From Octopus vulgaris (taxonomy: Eukaryota), in NCBI GenBank assembly GCA_951406725.2, contig OX597820.1, positions 40,734,001 to 40,798,000 on the forward strand: a stretch of DNA of 64,000 nt. Direction: 5' to 3'. Position numbers and translations under genes: made by a program. The notes beneath the pieces are model-generated. The model did no database searches. It had not been told where the DNA came from and saw only the letters and a list, made by a program, of their open reading frames with translations. How positions within the stretch are numbered: position 1 is the first letter of the stretch; every line of letters begins with the position of its first letter. Of the stretch, positions 25,603 to 38,658 are shown piece by piece.

Positions 25603-26430
25603 TGTGTGTGTGTGTGTATGTTTGTGTTTGATTCAGAACACACAATTCACATAAACTATCCCCCGAACACACAACACTTATACACATAAACACACATTCT
25701 GCGTTTTCTTTAAGTAATGTTAGATGACATAAAAGCATACTTATATAACCGATACATACCCGTACAACTGAATGCACACACATACACACACACACATATG
25801 CGTACGCAGAAATGTGCTGACGCCCTTTGATGCGCATATAAGTTCACATAATTTGCTACAGTACAAATAGATACCCATGTATGTCAGCATGTTCGCTCGA
25901 TTGTAATACAGAAACACGTACACGCATAAAACCACAAATACACACAGACAATAACACACAGACACACACACTCGCGCAGATACATGCACATACATGCACA
26001 TATAAATTCATTTTAATATATACATGCATATATACGAATTTGCTTAAATATATGTACATATGCCTACATACACACACACATATGTATGCGTGTATATATG
26101 TATGTGAATACGTCTGTCAGTCTGTATGTACGTATGCGCGTATGCAGTATGTGTGTGTCACCAATATCTCTTTCTGTTATTTCGATGCATAAAATTTAGT
26201 TTTAAGAATGGATGCAACAGGCAAAATAACAGAAAGAAATATATATAAAGCATAAATGTATGCATGTATTTACATATGCAAACAAGGTGGCATACATACA
26301 CATACACACTCGTATACATATATGCTTACATAGTGCATACTTACATACATACCTAGATATATACATATATATATATGTCCACACACACATATATATACAC
26401 ATATATATATGTGTGTGTATGTCCACACAA

Positions 26431-26472
<42 letters not shown>

Positions 26473-26477
26473 GTGTA

Positions 26478-26508
<31 letters not shown>

Positions 26509-26663
26509 TTGTATGTGTACGTGTGTTTCTCTGTGTGTGCGTAGGGTTGACTTGAGAGAGAAGGATGACATACATGAAGTAAAGCAAGGTTTGAGAGAGG
26601 CATTAGGAAAGTCGAATAAAAGCGCGGAAGCATAAGAGTGAAAGGCAGTTTGGAATGATAAAA

Positions 26664-26704
<41 letters not shown>

Positions 26705-26761
26705 AGGAAGGAAAGAAAGACAGAGAAGTAAGGGAAAGTAATATATGAAAAATATGGAAGT

Positions 26762-26850
<89 letters not shown>

Positions 26851-27304
26851 GCAGGCTGTGAGACAGAAAGAGAATGTGATAAAGAGGAATAGAGGAAAAT
26901 ATGAAGTGGTCTGGTTGATGAGAGAATGAGAGTAAATGACTATTCGGATTAAACAATGGCAATGTGTGAAGTGACAAGCAAGAAAGACAGATGTGTTACA
27001 TTATATTGGATCGTGGAAGTTTCTAGATGGTAAAAAGATCAAAGAATATTCAAGTGGAGATGTTAAGGAGATCTTTTAATGAAGGACACTATAAAGGAAA
27101 TTCTCACTTTTGTATTTCCTTCTTAGTTTTCCCAAACTGCAGATTTCTGCAGTGCCAGTTTTCAAGTGTTTCAGCGTTGGTTCTCTTGAAATTCTCCAAC
27201 TTGCTTGATGCAAAGAGTTTTTCAAAAAAATGGTGTATAAAAGATTTATGGAAATGTATGATGTATATATGCTTCTTTTTTTTTCTTCTTTTGTATATAT
27301 GTGT

Positions 27305-27361
<57 letters not shown>

Positions 27362-27362
27362 A

Positions 27363-27411
<49 letters not shown>

Positions 27412-28859
27412 GTAGTAATTGTTGTGGTTGTTTTTGTTGGTATTAACTTGTTTTTATCTCGTTCAGGTTCACAGTGGTTAGAATACGCGAGAGGATTCAA
27501 ATTGCTGGTGTCTTTTATTTTGTGTAATTCTTTACTGTACTTTAACTATCTTTTTTTTCTCTTTGTATTCTTCAGCTGAAGATATATTGAAGCCTTTAAT
27601 TTTTTTTTTTTTAATTCAGAAAAGAGAAAGGAAGAGAGAAAGAGGGGGTGGGCAGTAAAGGAAATATGCATGGTGAAAAGGAGTAGAGATCAACCAAAAG
27701 AGACAAAATACTCATAGAGATATAGAGAGAAAGATAGAGAAGGAATAAATGACAGATAAATAGTGTTTGTATCTATGGGATGAGTATGAGTCACATATGC
27801 ATATGCCGATGGAATTATTGAATTATAGCTATGGTCAAATCATTATACTAGCTTTTACTCTGACGAAAACTTGTTATTTTGTCAGAACAAAATACAAATT
27901 ATCTATAGCAGACAATGCTAGCGAAGGTTCTAAACTCTCTACTACGAGAATTAAACCCATCATTTTTATTTCTTGATATTTATGTATTTCAATGACCGCT
28001 TTATTATTTCCTATCTATATCATTTCTCTCTGAAGAAACACATTTTTACACATCGTTCGAACTTTCACACTACATTACAAATTAGCATAATGTTTCTTTG
28101 TATTTTTCTATTGTTCTTTAATTCTTCGGCATCGATGATTTGAAACCAAACTGCTAGATAACCGGTCAGACATCACGAATAAACCACAGTAGTTTCAGGT
28201 GGTCGGTCTATTAAGGAACCAACCAGCGTCAAGCTATTGCGTAATTCAATCTTCTAGAATTTTCTCTTTGTGCTCAATAAAAAAGTCGATTTTTGGTGGT
28301 AATTGCAGAATTTTTTGGCAGTACACGTTGTGTCTCCATTTTCACCATATCTAGTCGATTAAAAGAGATGGCAGATAACAGACAGCAATTTTCATCGGCA
28401 TGGATATAGCGCAATTATTTTCTTATTGTGATGAGCCTGCCACAATTTGCTTTATCAGTGAGCTTGTTGTAAACTCCAGGCAGAATGTCTCACCCAGTAA
28501 GTAATTATTGCTTTTAGAATTTGTAAAAGACCAACGCAGTTAAAAATATATGTGCAGTCATAAAATCTGATAATTGTTCGTGGGTGTTGTCAGTTATTTC
28601 TTCACGCGACCCGAGAAATACATTTTATACATTTTCGTGCATCAATTCAACCAGTCATCATCTCAGAGCAACCAACAACAACAAAGAGCAATCTCACCGA
28701 CACAATTCACTACACTTTAATTTGTTCTGTCAAAACATGAGATGATCTTTATTTAGGATTTTATATCGAATGCTGATTATTCATTCGTCAGACAGACACA
28801 CACAGAGAGACAGACAGAGAAAGAGAGAATTTGCTAGATCAGAACGCCAGCTTGCAGAT

Positions 28860-28931
<72 letters not shown>

Positions 28932-30009
28932 GCAGTTGTCGTGGTGATTGTGGTGGCATTGGTGATAGTGATGCTTGAAGACAATCAACAGAAAGAGAGA
29001 AAGAGAGAGAGAGAAAGAGGTTAGATAGAAAAAAAGTATTGTACTGAACCCCGACTAGGAAGATAAACAATTTTTATCATGTAGCTTTGCAATCAGTTCC
29101 AAGTAAACAAATTATATCATTGCTACTACAAGCAAATTTTTAATGGGTCTGTATGATGTTTTCTTCTAAACTCACAAGCATTATCAGAGAAATGAGAAAG
29201 TGAAATATTACTGTTAAGAAAACACCTTTCAAGATCAATCATTTTGGTCTACATTATGGAATGAAAAGAAGGATTTCAACCTTACTGCACAGTGATAAAA
29301 TTCATCAATATCGACAATAAATTATATGCAATTGACCCAAAAAGTTTCACCATAGCTACAGACAAACTGCAAGATGGGTAAGCATATGGAAGAGACCGGG
29401 ATATTGGTACAAGAGTGGGGGCAAGAAACCATTAATATATGTGTTTAAATGGACTGTAGAAAGTCAGATTGATTTCACGCTAAATTGGCTTCTTATGGCA
29501 CGGATGAATGTTGTACCCACGAAACCACCGAGTCGGCAGAAAACTATAAGCGGATCATTTCAGTAAACATTATGCACACACTGTGCATATGCTACCTCAA
29601 CCAATTTCTCCAGCATCAAAAATGGTTACTGATGAGCAGGCAGTTGGAAAGAAGGACTCTGGAGATGTGCTGAACAATTTTTGATTAACCAACTGTACTG
29701 TCTAAAGTTTAAAAAAAAAACACCTTAGAAGCCTTCCGACTGTAAGACTTTATTATAGTTCGTTCTTAAACTGCAGTACTGTAAGCTGTCCATGGTCGGC
29801 CTAAATGTTCAGTCGGCCTAAATAGAACACGTAGAGAGGGGTTCGGGTACTGAAAACTTAACACGTCAATCACGGCGCATAAAACCTGCATAAACTTAAT
29901 TTACATTTTAATAAAACGTTATTTGACAGAGATCGTCTATATCCGCTGGCGGAGCACTCGGCTTATTTCAGTGGCCAGCATACACTCTCTGTAGAAGATG
30001 CAGATCATA

Positions 30010-31325
30010 GCGAAAAGCTGTTGACTGCATTTGAGATGCAAGATTTAAAGGTTAGTATCACGAGAAGTAGATCGCCTGGTTTTGATGGTGTATCCTATGT
30101 GCTTTATTTCTAGACATGTATTTCTAAAGCACCGACATCCAAGCAGAAGTCTACGGCGATTGATATCAGGACGGGAAGATAGATATTCCTAAATTTCTAA
30201 GACAGATAGTTTAGCATAGGTGAAGGAAAACGCCGACAAAGAGGACGCACTTGATAATTTAGGCCCCGTATCTCTGTTAAATGCTAAGTCTAAAATTTTG
30301 ACGAAGCGGGTAGTAAAGAGATTGAGAGCATAATCAAGCGAGTGCCAACATATACGATCCCGACCCGGCCTATCCACAACCTCCACATTATGCGATACAT
30401 TGTAAAGATGATAGGCGGTGAACCTGGTTTTGAAGGTGACTAGTCAACATAAATATATTAAAAGAGCTGTCGATCATGGCTATTTGGTCTCTGTCTTCAC
30501 TGTAGCCAATCCCGGTTCCGGTTTCAAGGTCTGGATCACTTCAATGTAGAACGTTATCAACATGATGATCAGAATAAATGGTTACCCGTTGGAATTGTTT
30601 CCGGTCAACCTCTAAGATCGTAAATAGTGTCGTCTCTAAATTTTTATGTATGTACTGATTCTGGAGGCACAACTGCGACAGTTGGAGACGATGAAGTGCT
30701 TCTCACTTTGCAGGCATGGAAGTGTCGTCAGCCAGGCCTGCCCGAAGTGCACCCAGAACGATGAAACCGTTCTGCACGCCATCGTCCAGTGCCCGAGTAT
30801 TGCTGACATGTGGGTTTATCTCGAACATCTGCTGTCACGTGTGGGACGGATCTGGCTATCAGCTGAATCCTTAGTGAAGATTGCTCGCCGCCCCCTTTTT
30901 TGGCCGGGATGGACAGGCAGTTTTATTTGTCTGGTGGCTGTAGCAAAAGAGGAAGTATGGTGGACTCGTCTGAAAAGGCTAAACTCAGACACTTTCCTCT
31001 TTGGCCAAGTCCTCATTAACTTTTTTAAGTTTCACTTGAAAAAGGTAGCTGAGAGTGGAGAGGGAAGTGTTGCCTTCTAGCAGGTTTGTTGAAAGGTGAA
31101 TGCATGTTGGAAGAGTGGCCAGGCACCCGTGGCTTATGTGGGCTTTTCACGAAGACCTTTATAACGCCTCCCCCTATTGGGAATTTTATTTTGTTTAATT
31201 TTTCATTGTTTTTTATTATGTTTATTCGATTCGAAATCCCATTGTATCGTCTTGTGTTGTCGTATATGTTTGTGTCATATAATTTTATGTTGTTTTATGT
31301 CAGCCCTTGTAGCTAATAAAAGAAT
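30010..31325 (+). mobile_element. Tx1/L1-clade LINE ORF2 remnant, internally deleted, with 3' UTR
   Basis: RSPGFDG, GPVSLLNAKSKILTK, NLHIMRYI, C-terminal CPKCTQNDETVLHAIVQC knuckle; tail GCCCTTGTAGCTAATAAAAGAA. Confidence 0.85.
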
Positions 31326-31629
31326 TAATTATTAATTTTGTTGCTGTTGCTTTTGTTCTTGTTTTTGTCATAAGGCAGAGAACTTGCCGAAACTTTAGCA
31401 TGTCGAACAAAATGCTTAATGGGTCCTTTACGGCTAGGGGGTTCTGAGTTCGAATGCCGCCGAGGTCAGTTTTGCCTTTCATCGTTTCTGGATCAGTAGT
31501 TAAATAATTAGTTGTTGGGCACTAGGATTGGCGTGATTGACTACTTCCACCTAAGAGAATTTCCCTCCATTTCCCTATAATTATTAGTGCTGTTGTCACT
31601 GTCGGTGGAGTTACCTTTAGCATCTACAT

Positions 31630-31968
31630 TAGTGGTTCTCAACCGGGGTCCAAATGACTCCTAGGGATCAAAGTAAAACTTTTGGGCGTCTATGGAAGTA
31701 AAATAGTAAATCGGGGTTCCACAGTAGTATTTTAAGGGTCCATGAAAAAATGTCACTTCGGAGGTATTAATTCCACAAAACAGCTAGGTTTCTCTTTCAG
31801 ACGTTTTTACATAGTTCAACCTAAGCAAATTTATATGTGAAAAACCAAAATAGGAATTTTTGAAAGAAGTTTCTATAAAACTAATTTTTATTCGTCGGAT
31901 GGCTATGGGAGTCCACCAGAATGGAACAGTAATAAAAGCGGTTCACAGATAATGATTGAGAACCCTTG
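31630..31968. mobile_element. hAT (Charlie-like) MITE
   Basis: TIRs TAGTGGTTCTCAACC and GATTGAGAACCCTTG; 8-bp TSD ATCTACAT/ACCTACAT. Confidence 0.85.
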
Positions 31969-32276
31969 ACCTACATGATTATCAGCAGTAGCAGTAGAAG
32001 TCTCATGTTTAAGAGACAGATAAACTTATTTGTATTATTTAATTACGTTCTTTTATGTTTTAAGTACCAATCTCCTCTTTATCGGTTTTTGATGTTTTTC
32101 TTCTTTTGTTGCCGATGTAATAACTCCCTGTATAATCCTGGTGTCATTTCAATTCGAAACGATGTGGCCTTAAAGTTTGTTAGAAATTATTGTTGATATT
32201 AGTCAACCGGTGTATGGTGGCGAGCTGGCAGAATTGTCAGCACGCCGGGTGTGATGCTTCGTGGTTTTTCGTCTGT

Positions 32277-33874
32277 GTAAGTTGAATTTTTACATTGCCG
32301 TAAGGTTCAAGGTTGTATTTGTTTTGTGTGGTTGTTTTGGATTGTTGCTGTTTGCAGCGGTGGTGATTTTTAAGAAATGGCAAGGAAGAACATGTATTCT
32401 GACCGCAGGGATTCGGATCTATTGACTTCGGAGGAAGAACTAGCGAGAGCGGTCAACAGAATGGATATAGCGATAGAAAGAAGAAGAACTTTCGTAAGTT
32501 CAATGAAACCAACAAGTAAAGAGGTTAACCTTTCTAAGCTACCGGATGGCCAAAATTGGGTGAAGAAGGTAGGCGGTGACGTGGAATTGTCTCCGCCAAG
32601 GAAAACGATGAAGAGTTTTGAAAGAAAAACTTTAACATACAAAGTGTTTGCGAAAGAAAAATGAAAAATAGATTCAGTCAGAATGGAAACCGTGGAGGAG
32701 GCATTATGGTCAACAGGGGAGAAGGTAATATTCCTGACAAGAGGGAATTAGTATGGTGCAGTCGTTGTGCAGTTCGAGTCGGAGGAAATTACTAGGAGGA
32801 TGGCTGCAAGGACTATCAAAACAGAAAAAGTATTCCTTCTGCCCTCGTATCTGGGAAGGAAGACGTCCAGGATCAGGGTGGAAGGGATCCCGCCCGATAT
32901 AGAAGCTGAACGGGTAGTGGCAGCCATTCTCATTGATAATGAGAATAAGGTGGATATACTTCAGGCCACGATTATGGATGAAGGCAACTGGATGGGAGGA
33001 GTATTAGAGATGAGTGTCCATGCAGAAACTGAAATCCTGGAACGCTTAACAGAAGTAATCACGATGGGAGACATAAGTCAACGAGTATGGGTGGAGGGCA
33101 GAGCTCCTCGATGTTTTAAATGCGGCCTGAAATGCCACATAAGAGCTAACTGCCCCTCCACCAGCGAAGGAACCAACGAAGGGACCCGTAAAAAAGGTAG
33201 AAGATACCCAGGAGTCGCAAGAGGAATAGGGAGAGGCAGAAGAGAAAAGATGGTAGATCAAGCAGAATGGGAAACCAATGGTAAAAGGAAGAAGAATAAT
33301 GAATCTCAACCCACCCCAGCACCACCCACACCCTCTTCGTCCCACCCTTCCTCTGCAGACACAAAACCTACCCACTCCCCGCCAACAAGAAAACAAAAAA
33401 CAGACACACAGAACAACTTACAAAATTCCCCTCCCGTTACAGGTTTATTAGACAAGGAAGACGAGGACTTGTTGGAAGTATTGAGGGACAGGGGTTAAGT
33501 TGAACTGCCGGATAGTTGGGATGAGGAAGGGTGTATAGAGATGTTTTTAACGGGAAAACAAGTGAAAGAACTTGAAAATGAACTGAACAATGTTTTTTGT
33601 GTTAATAAGAAAGGATATAGACTCGGGCAAGAAAAAAGAACTAGAAAAACGGTACAGGGTGAAAATATGAGACTATGTATTGTTCGGAAGACTATAAGAA
33701 GAGGGCATAAGGAAATAGGACAGGTAAGTGATGTTATCCGATGGGTCGGGTAACATCACTTTCATCTTTCATTTTCTCCCTCTCATTTATATCATAGGCT
33801 TTTTCTTTTGGCATTTTATGTCCCCAATGTGTTGTTTTTTATCTTTATCAGCCCGTTATAGGTAATAAATAAAT
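32277..33874 (+). mobile_element. ORF1-only (HAL1-like) Tx1/L1-type element; ORF1 32377-33753 disrupted
   Basis: Gag-like ORF1 with VWVEGRAPRCFKCGLKCHIRANC (CX2CX4HX4C) and a Pro-rich tail, followed directly by 3' UTR and GCCCGTTATAGGTAATAAATAAAT; no ORF2. Confidence 0.8.
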
Positions 33875-34078
33875 CAGAAACGTTACCACGCCGGGCGAAA
33901 TTCTTAGCTGTATTTTGTCTGCCGTTACATTTTGAGTTCAAGTTCCGCCGAGGTCGACAGTGTCTTTCCTCCTTTGGGAGTCGATAAATTAAGAACCAGT
34001 TACGCACTGGGGTCGATGTAATCGAGTAATTCCCTTTCCTAAATTTCAGTTCCTATGCCAGTCATAGAGAAGATTATC
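33875..34078 (+). mobile_element. SINE family A body, host of the ORF1-only insertion (head portion at 32216-32276)
   Basis: CAGAAACGTTACCACGCCGGGCGAAA...GTCGATAAATTAAGAACCAGTTACGCACTGGGGTCGAT. Confidence 0.85.
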
Positions 34079-34848
34079 TTGGGTGTAAGAATCTGTGTTT
34101 TTTGTTTAGATCTATAATCAAGAATGTTCCATCCATGAGCTTTCTGTATTTTTGGAGGATTTAATGCAGTGTCCTACGTTAAAAATATATATATATATAA
34201 AACAAGGTAAGAGGTTTGGCTCGTGTGTGTGTGATAAGAGGGCAGTCCTAATATGTAAAAATAAAGGTAAATTTACCTTCTCGAGTTATAACGGCTCATA
34301 AGGGCCAGATTCCTGCTTTCATGGGGTATACATTTCTCACTTGGATGGGTCACCAAACTGTCGTAGGAATATTCATTTTTTGCTTGCTGAATGAACTGAA
34401 GCAACGCAAAATGAAGTGTTTTGCTCAAGAACACAACGCGTCGCCCGATTCATGCTGTTCATATACTCCTCTAATGCACCAGTGAAGGCATGACTATCAC
34501 ACAGTCTTTCTTTTTTTCTTTTTAAATAGATATTTTGCAGATTCATTAAAATGCCGGAAAACAATGATATGCAATATTTGTTCTGGTGCTTTAGTCGAAA
34601 AACATCGATTTACCCCTCCTCATAAAACTCCAGGCCATGTGCTTCAATCGGAAACCTTAGCCAATCCTCAATAGTTAATAAAGAAAACATCGTCATTATC
34701 ATTATTAAAGTTAGAGAGCCAACAAAATCGTTATAGTATTGTGGGAAATACCTTGTAGCATTTGCTCCGGTTCCTTGCATTTAGTGTTCAAATCCCTCCA
34801 AGATTGGCCTTGCTTTTCATCTATCTGGGTGTCGATAAAATAAATACC

Positions 34849-35080
34849 TATTTCTTTACTACCCACAAGGGGCTAAACACAGAGAGGACAAACAAGGACA
34901 GACAAACGGATTAAGTCAATTATATCGACCTCAGTGCGTAACTGGTACTTATTTAATCGACCCCGAAAGGATGAAAGGCAAAGTCGACCTCGGCGGAATT
35001 TGAACTCAGAACGTAGCAGTAGACGAAATACCACAAAGCATTTCGCACGGCGTGCTAACGTTTCTGCCAGCTCACCGCCT
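34849..35080 (-). mobile_element. SINE family A, young full copy nested in an older + strand A-type SINE (~34710-35180)
   Basis: 17-bp TSD TCGATAAAATAAATACC at 34832-34848 and 35084-35100. Confidence 0.95.
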
Positions 35081-36379
35081 TAATCGATAAAATAAATACC
35101 AGTTGAGCACTGAGGTCGATGATATCGACTGTCATCGTCCTTTGAAATTACAGGCCTTGTGCCAAAATTTGAAACCATTATCATTGCTGTTTTTGTTTAA
35201 GGAGGCTGTGTTGGCAGAATTGTTACCGTATCAGAGAGGAGGTTCTGCAGTTTTCGCACCGATTCCGCGCTCCGAGTTAATATCCCAAAACAGGTCAACT
35301 TTGCTTTTTGTTCCTCGGGAGTTGATATAATAAAGTAGCAAGTCAAGTAATGAAATCGATGTTATCAACTTAGGGCCTCCTTTGAAAACTGCTGGTCTTC
35401 AGCATGAATTAAAAACTATTTGTTAGGAACTATTCTCGTTGTTAGAAGCAATTATAATTACTTGCGTCTGTGTTTTTGCTTGTATTATTAATCTTTGTTC
35501 AACATCGCCGTTTTGGGAAAATTAATCCTCAAAAATATTTCAAACTGCAATCCTACCAAGAATGAAAACATAGAAGTACAAACCCAGAAGAGTTAGCCTT
35601 TAAAATTCCATCAAGCACAATGGGGTTTCCAATATTTCGCTAGAGGCTCGACTAAACCAAGACTTCATTCAGAGCATTTTCCATGAAATATTTCTCGGTT
35701 CTGTCCTGGGAGTTTCTCATATGCATTTCAATATTTCTCTCATTTGTGCAGGTATCCTAAGGGAGATCAATAAATACGAACGAGTTTGTGTTTACTGCGC
35801 TCTCTGTATTAACAGAAAAAAAGGTTAGTGGTATACTTTGCCTTTCTTTGTTATATTTATCCAGATTATTCCTTTTACATGTAATTATTGATGTTGTTAT
35901 CGTCAGAGAAAACATTTAAGCAAACATTGAAAGAATAAAGCAATTATACCTGTATATGCGTATATTCACTTCTACAGAGAATAACTTCTTCTTAACTTGT
36001 GAAATGAAGCAAAAATATATTTTGGCGATGTAATGTTTTTAAGGGATAAAAAATACCGTAATGCAAATACAAACAGGAATGTCAACAAAATAAAATACGC
36101 ACCCACACACATACGTGGATGTGTATCATTTATTTGTTCATATTCCTGTTTGTATTTGCTTTACGATAATTTCTGATACTTTAAAAGTACATAAGCATAT
36201 AAGTATATATGTGTATGTATATCTATTTATCCATTCCCACATACTCAGATACATATTTCATGCATGCATAAATATATGTATATGCATATCACTATACATA
36301 CATATACACATACAAGCTTAAGTATATACACGTATAGCTACCTATTAATGAATATATTCATATATACGTTAACGCATAT

Positions 36380-36424
<45 letters not shown>

Positions 36425-36719
36425 TAAACACACACACACACACATACATACATATATATATATATATATACATATAAATGTGTGTATATACACACGCGCG
36501 CACACAAGCACATACATATACACGGGGAAGCTGATGACCTCCCCTATTCGAAGGTTGTAATGGACACAGGCGTGTGTGTAACATAGCTAGCTAGAGGCTA
36601 TGGGATCTTGGAGTTTATCAACGGCAGCATCCGTCCTATTTTTCTGGACTGCCATGTTAGCTTGGCGATAACTATTAATACCCAGTACTGCTGCCATAGT
36701 CTCCTTTAGAGGGATTTAG

Positions 36720-36780
<61 letters not shown>

Positions 36781-37439
36781 TCATTTAAGAATCATTATCG
36801 TAACCATGTTGCCAGCTTTAAGACAATCAATAAGAGACGCTCAACATGGTTGGCAGATTTTGTATGGCAACTGAAGGAGGATAAAACGAAATGCTAAACC
36901 ATACAATATAATTTCCGGGAGATGCCGTCTCTGCTTCCAGGAATCCCTCTCTACTCTGTGAACTAACGAGAAGATAAGTAATAGAATTTCTGAACGACTC
37001 TTGAGATGCCTACACGCATATAAATATACTTTCGCACAATGCAGTGAGAATAAATTTTGAGTAACCGTTAAATTAACGTAATTTAATTTAAGGTATGGAT
37101 GACTTAAGTTTACTTTTAACCTCCCCATTCTTATAAACACAAAGTAAATAACTAACTCGCTTTGTGATCATGAGTGCACCAAACCTCACCTGTGCGTATG
37201 CTCACATCTGCTTGCATGAGCGTGTCTACTCGCAACATGCAGCTTGCCCGACGGCGTTTATACATCCATACCTGTTAACATTTATTTTTAATACTTTTCT
37301 CGCTGGATTGTGTGTTCGTTTCTCTTTTTGTCATCTGTGATTTTATTCTTGATCTTCTGTATAATGAAGACATTTCCTTCGTCTGCCTGCTTTTCTCTTC
37401 ACAAAACGGAAAGTCATATTGCAGAACAGTTGTATTTAT

Positions 37440-37557
37440 TTATTTATCATCCGACGAAATACATCTGCACCACCGGATGCTCCTGAACTAGTGGTTGAGT
37501 GTCCCACTCAAGAGGTATTGATGCTAGACCTTTCGAAACAATTGTCCTGATGAATAA
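37440..37557 (+). ncRNA. Type-I hammerhead-like ribozyme with expanded stem II
   Basis: Stem I TTATTTATCA/TGATGAATAA, core CCGACGA (37451-57), GAAA (37535-38), palindromic ACAATTGT stem III, GUC triplet (37544-46). Confidence 0.65.
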
Positions 37558-37595
37558 TAAATTCTCTCATATTCCATCTTCTGTTTTTCATTTGT

Positions 37596-37634
<39 letters not shown>

Positions 37635-37637
37635 ATA

Positions 37638-37750
37638 TAGGGTTATCCCATAAATAATGCAATTTTTTATTACTTCTATTATTTTTCAAAATTAAGATAA
37701 ACAGTTCTGTTTTTAGTCTAAAATATACTCTCCTTCATTTTCTACAATGA
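37638..37750 (-). mobile_element. Mariner 3' terminal fragment
   Basis: Minus strand VENEGEYILD* (mariner C-terminus), then TIR-like ...TTATTTATGGGATAACCC-TA. Confidence 0.7.
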
Positions 37751-38658
37751 CTTAGCGTTTCACCAAACGAGAGCGATAGAATTCTTAGCGGTTCGTCAAA
37801 CGAGATCCATAAAATGAACTAGTGGTTCGCCAAACGAGATAGATAAAATGACTTTGAGGTTAGCTATAGGTAAACGATAAAATAACTTAGCGGTTCACCA
37901 TAAATGATCGATACTTAGTGTTTCGACAAACATTATAGACCTAGCGATTTGCCAAACGAGATCGATAAAATGACTTAGCGGTTGGCCAAACATGGTGGAT
38001 AAAATGATCTAGCGGTTCGCCAAACATAATCGATAAAAGTCTTTGCGGTTCGCCAAACATGATTGATAAAATGACCTAGCGGTTCGCTAAAAATAATCGA
38101 TAAAATGACTTAGGGGTTCGACAAAAGAGATCGACAAAATGAACTAACGGTTCGCCAAATAAGATCGATAAAATGACTTAGCGATTCCATAAACAAGATC
38201 GATAAAAAGACTTAGCAGTTCGCAAAAGGAGATCGATAAAATGACTTAGCGGTTCTCCAAATATGATCGATAAAATGACAAACGTGATCGATAAAATGAA
38301 GTAGCGGTTTACTAAAGGAGATCACTAAAATGACGTAGTCGATTAAATGACTTAACGTTTCGCCAACCGTGACAATTAAATAACACAGCGGTTCGCCAAA
38401 CGAGATCGATAAAATGACATAGCGGTACGCTAAATAAGATCGATAAAATGAACTAGCGGTTTGCCAAACATTATCGATAAAATGATCTAGTGGTTCGCCA
38501 AGCGAGATTGATAAAATGATATAGTGGTTCAGCAAATGAGATCGATAAAATGGGTTAGGGTTTCACCAAACTAGATCGATAAAATGACTTAACGGTTCGC
38601 CAAACGAGATCAATAAAATGTCGTAGCGGTTCGCCAAACGAGATCAACAAAATGACCT
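37747..38658. repeat. 34-bp minisatellite, roughly 26-28 diverged units
   Basis: Consensus by eye ACTTAGCGGTTCGCCAAACGAGATCGATAAAATG, head-to-tail with no spacers. Confidence 0.95.

Noticed and set aside
29100-29700. Possible decayed DNA-transposase remnant
   Set aside because: No convincing catalytic motif or TIRs by eye
36533-36562. CTGATGA within GGGGAAG...CCTCCCC
   Set aside because: Followed by GAAG rather than GAAA, and the helices do not fit hammerhead topology
37747-38658. CRISPR-like appearance of ~34-bp repeats
   Set aside because: Units are head-to-tail with no unique spacers, there are no cas genes, and the context is eukaryotic
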